Of a stretch of DNA of 38,382 bases, positions 35,401-38,382 are shown piece after piece (positions within the stretch are counted from its first letter, which is position 1; each line of letters opens with the position of its first letter). The stretch is from NCBI GenBank assembly GCA_965644315.1, contig CBFFRQ010000060.1:1-38382 (forward strand). Reading direction: 5' to 3'. The DNA comes from Caecitellus pseudoparvulus. Lineage: Eukaryota; Protista; Bigyra: Bicosoecida. Position numbers and translations under genes: made by a program. The notes beneath the pieces were generated by a model. The model was not told where the DNA came from. It did no database searches and saw nothing but the letters and a program-made list of their open reading frames with translations.

Positions 35401-35694
35401 GGCGACAGGCTCAACAACCAAAGCAAAGGGTGACCCCCCCCCTTGTGAGTGCCCGGCTGCCATGCGCTTGGCACCCACATCATGTTGAGGCCGCGCCGCG
35501 GCTTGCTGGTGGCGCTTGCGTTCAAGGCGAGTAGTTCGAGCTTCTGAAGCCAGCCGCTCCTGAACCTCACGAAGCCGTTGGACTTGTGCTTCTTTGTACG
35601 CCTTCATCCGCCTGCGACGACAATGGACCATATGGCCGCCAAGAGCTCGTTCGTCGTCGAACTCCTTGTTGCAGAGCTTGCAGCGGGCGCTCAT
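32431..35694 (-). CDS. Plavaka-family transposase with N-terminal C2H2 zinc finger (~1087 aa)
   Basis: C2H2 finger CKLCNKEFDDERALGGHMVHC. Plavaka-like motifs PLVIFMDEVHPDGAGKHALYPMML, QLSADMVE...CVQC, PDPIHAADTG and PKAHEIQHLPAAVAGFG...DTDNGEGRH. First ATG at 35694; uninterrupted ORF. Confidence 0.85.
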   Translation of the reverse strand: MSARCKLCNKEFDDERALGGHMVHCRRRRMKAYKEAQVQRLREVQERLASEARTTRLERKRHQQAAARPQHDVGAKRMAAGHSQGGGSPFALVVEPVAATVQAQMAQPALPQPTGGPRKQPGAAKHIPPRHTELVARAIAHADRLSAQSAGSGGGIGGGMGRTILKCLLRFNASKSVLTEIIKEHNKTIKTSEVLLRQEHRTAPQCPMVPSIDKLLEIAAEGTPSPISITVPLPKGLAGGQCEVPSMPLWDVLIRTAAEVPLEDFAPHRGGGVASPEWFPSTLKLPAHNSAAMKVKEKFHFADGLATAHWRRMKDALQLPGGGEISLPAPLEVGHCSLRDPVSVEKQFRPSEAGAAGQTWSHPSNGVFLRNAAERAKARGALSMPLVIFMDEVHPDGAGKHALYPMMLWPLAGDAASMRKAHRATLLAMPPSPKRLPKDDNVLREAGLTSAAATAQAAQSMVLSLVLQPLLAIQKMGGIPKEVTPEQSLALKSAGYRVSQVTAHSRPRQLVEYVQMMPCIIQLSADMVEAWDQFDLLHRRCVQCRCVPGPQLSSLASLKHCQLRVGGEGAGSDEAAAATGHRRGALSAWEAAEKVLGTRLCFLRPPDPIHAADTGAVAARCERFVLAAMTVGPGLAAREALLKSRWEAVKGVTINGTRLDGGRALPWRQNAGGMMRSAERVSRAQWLPLIVGHNQDIIADPQLHTMVQVLCHCTLVVQAYMYVRDTLDEAALLGMQVWLARMVGTQELIAELVQEAASKSGGSSFSCDTSTHYPKAHEIQHLPAAVAGFGVVAALDTDNGEGRHPALIRLWKLCNSAFGAANMPKLLTYASIRRDMLVSEAWVTSASSQVAGEELACLLQGSPLPEMPYLSPVTKAREVLRSPITVWQLLDREDSGLARTIRAALEPCVAGMSLDGVLPLGDVNTMLQSVSSTVGTGDRMVGQVRLCSTVLMCFPGGNTSTLCFPAFVVVREEQQQGAAAPAIGSGLFRAVAALVGDAPQDHEKDASIEEVVLLGTFLHPDEAHACIAGWKYVNPLDVAPPANAVGGSVLIAPAVVHPTVVEGHTYTEEPDGDPVLFWLPTITARQH

Positions 35695-35985
35695 TCTGAG
35701 TCTTCTGTAGCGTGAGGGCACCGGCGGAGTTCCGTTGCTTGCGTTGGCGCCCCTACCGTACGTACGCAACGCGCACAGCGAGGCGAGAACGCAACACAAT
35801 GCCAGGCAGCCGTAGCATCTTCATGTTGGTCGTTGGTGTGTGTTGGGCTGTGGGCATTGAAGGCGCCTTGCAACCTCGTCCAGTGCATTTCCAGTCTGTC
35901 TCGACATTCCACCGTTGCATGTACTTTCAGACCCACCAAGTCCTCAGATACGCTTTTTGTTGCACACCCACCCCAACCATTCACC
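35695..35985. promoter_or_regulatory. Putative bidirectional promoter between the transposase and the accessory gene
   Basis: ~290-bp gap between head-to-head start codons; positional inference only. Confidence 0.35.
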
Positions 35986-38028
35986 ATGTCACTTCACTTT
36001 GATGAAATGGGCTCTGACAGCGAGGATGCAGGGGACACAACGGCAAGTGTCGTGGCTTCGTTAAGTATCGCCACACCCCTCGAGGCTGCACACCTCTTCA
36101 ACCGCAGCACGGCTGCCAAAGCTGTGATGGCCGGGAAACGTCGACGGGATGTTGTGCTTTGGGCATCTCACCCTGGCAACTGCACTGGGTCCGTCGTTGG
36201 GGTGCCTGACGTTCTGGAGGGTAATGGTACGTACTGGTTCGCGCCACAGGATCGACGCCCGTGCAGCGCCTCCCCACCCCACCCTAGCATCATGTGCAGG
36301 TGATGCCAACGCACTCACATGCCTTGATGACAGGGAGCTATTCGGCACAGCTAGGGGCGGTTCTAGTGCTGCCATTGCGGCTCGTACGTACCTGCTCTGC
36401 AGTCACGGTAGCCACAGCGTTCTAACGGCCACTGCTAAGCTTCGTTGGACCGGACCAATCCCGCTCCCCTTCCCCAGAAGCCTTCGCCGCAAATACAATG
36501 GCGAGCTGCAGACCGATCAAGGCACCAAGGCCGCTTGACCTTGCTGAGAAGCTTGAATCGGCGAAGGAGCTGCTTGAGTCTATTGGCACGCCCAGCGAGA
36601 AACGTCTCATCGAGTTGTTGAACGAGGTTTTCGTTTGGAGCGCAAACACCATGTCCCTTGTCCAACTCTCACTTGGCCTGGGGCAATTCAGAACTTCACA
36701 GGTAGTGGGTATGGTTGGTCCACTAACGCAGAAGCAGGAAGCAAAGAACTCCAAGAAACGTGGAGCTCGTGGGGGAGACCAGCTGGGTGAACTCTTAGAG
36801 CCCGTGGGGGGCGCAGACTCAATCCCATGGCCCCGAAAGTTCAGGGCAGAAGCCCGCCGCATCGTGGTCGACCTCATCCTCGAGAACCCTTCGTTCATCT
36901 TGGCAGACCCCGAGAACCTGGTAGACACACTACGAGCAGCCATCGAGGCAGTTGAGGCCGAGCAGAACGTTGCCCGAGAGGTGGCTGGAGCCACAGAGGA
37001 AGGGGGAGATGGGGTGCCGGTTGGAGCACAAGCCACGAGCCGGGCTCTAGACGACCCTAGGTTCTCAGCACCGTGGAAGTTCAAATGCCTCGAAAACGTG
37101 ATAGCAGCAGCGAGGAAGGTTTCGATACAGAAGGAGCTTACCGAGCGGGGTGGCGTGCTTTGCGCGCTGAAGGACATGGCGAAGAGCAGCAAGAGTGCGA
37201 GTTACGCCGGGCTGAAGGCCGCCATGAGCAATGTCAGGAGCAAGTGCCGCGCCAAAATCACGAGGTGAGTGCCCAGAGGACTCCTTCCGAGTCCGTGGAG
37301 CGCAGCATAGCAGACTTCTGAGCATTGCGCAGTTCGGAATGCCTAGGAAAGTTCGAACCGTGGCACGAGATGCAGAGGAAGTACGAGCCAGTCCATGAGA
37401 AGTGCACCGGAGGTGCAAGCATTCAGCTTGACCACGACCCAGCCTTCTTCGAGGTGTCTTCCGAGGACCCTGAGTACCGCCACAGTTGGGTGCCCAAGGT
37501 AAGTATGTGTGTGAGTCTAGACCCGCACAGGTGATGCTGGGCCCGAATGCTCCTTTCTCATGCATTCTCTTTGTGCCACAGGCTGAGAGGGGCAAAAAAA
37601 GGGCTGATCGATCAAGGCACCGCCTGTGCTTGCAGGAAGTCAACGTTGCCCGTGAGGCCATCGTCAATCATACCACCATCAAGGCTGTTTTCAAACGCCG
37701 GGGATCCGAGGACTCCAGTAGCGGCCCCCGTTTCGACCCCAGCTTCAGGCGTTTGGAAGCGGCGCTCAGTGGCCCAGAAGATGTGGCAAAAGGGGCCAGG
37801 ATTGTCTTACGATGGATGGAGGCTGCGTACAACGTTGCTGTCGACTGCTTGAACGTGAAGAACAAGCAGTGGGTGACTGATTGTGGGGACCTGAGCAGCC
37901 TGACCGTTGACGACAAGGTGCGTGCGTGCTGTATGTTGGCCATGCTGTGGACGTCGTTACGCATGAAGCACCACGTACAGACGGAGATGGCCGTGCTTAC
38001 GCACAAAATTGTGTCCAGGATAACCTGA
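35986..38028 (+). CDS. Spliced accessory gene of the Plavaka element, unknown function (~574 aa)
   Basis: Exons 35986-36226, 36300-36383, 36478-37264, 37333-37498 and 37582-38028 total 1725 nt and splice in frame. Donors GTACGT, GTACGT, GTGAGT and GTAAGT; all acceptors end CAG. Possible extra in-frame intron 37918-37980. Confidence 0.75.
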
Positions 38029-38139
38029 CATGCCCTCCCTCGACCTGGCGCCGAGCCATCCGTGCTGAAGCTACTTCATTGTTCTTCAGGTTGTCAAGGT
38101 GTGTTTCAATGCAATCGATTCACGGCAGACCGAACTTGT

Positions 38140-38382
38140 TGCGCTAGCGAAGAATGTACTACTAGGAAAAATGTCCAGCTGGGCGGTGCGCTAGTAGTGC
38201 GCTGGGCGGCCCTCCGTACTAGTAGCGCCTCGCCCAGCGAAATTTACTAGTACCGAGCACAACCACCCCCGCTCACTAGTGTGCCTCTGGGCATGCATTC
38301 TCACTAGCATTGCAGTCGCCCCACTCACTTCACTAGCGCAAAATTGAGCTCTAGAAAAAAAACACTCTTCAAACTCTCCTTA
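38140..38382 (-). repeat. Right subterminal array (CACTAG/TACTAG, inverted relative to the left array)
   Basis: CTAG cores at 38144, 38162, 38191, 38219, 38247, 38276, 38304, 38333 and 38351. Confidence 0.88.

Larger units (their letters stand above)
31572..38382. mobile_element. Plavaka/CACTA-related DNA transposon (>6.8 kb; right terminus probably just beyond the window)
   Basis: Begins CACTAGTAA. Mirror-image subterminal CTAG motif arrays, AGTGTTTTTT shared near both ends in inverted orientation, and an internal Plavaka transposase. Confidence 0.85.

Noticed and set aside
35986-38028. Fanzor/TnpB or TET/JBP cargo in the Plavaka element (also considered for Harbinger ORF2)
   Set aside because: No RuvC motifs (DPG, zinc finger, RDxNA) and no convincing 2OG-Fe dioxygenase motif arrangement in the spliced proteins.
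38140-38356. CRISPR array interpretation of the regularly spaced repeats
   Set aside because: The repeat is only ~6-8 nt, is mirrored at the other end of a transposon, lies in a eukaryotic context and has no cas genes nearby.

Overview
GC-rich eukaryotic DNA, most likely a protist, with compact genes and short (~60-95 nt) GT-AG introns. Host genes: COP9 signalosome subunit 1 (CSN1), an Eps15-like EH-domain endocytic protein, a DDX21/DDX50-type DEAD-box helicase, a C-type lectin/mucin-stalk/multi-TM receptor, a two-TM membrane protein, a secreted nucleoside hydrolase-like enzyme and several low-complexity hypothetical proteins. There are two two-gene DNA transposons. (1) A PIF/Harbinger element with both ends present (5464-10473; 17-bp imperfect TIRs, CTG TSD) appears to sit in a ~90-nt intron of a host gene. 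(2) A Plavaka-type (CACTA-related) element starts with CACTAGTAA at 31572 and runs to the window end. It carries a C2H2-finger Plavaka transposase, a divergently transcribed spliced gene of unknown function, and mirror-image subterminal arrays of a YRCTAGTG motif with quantised spacing. Gene models were spliced by hand and no database searches were run.
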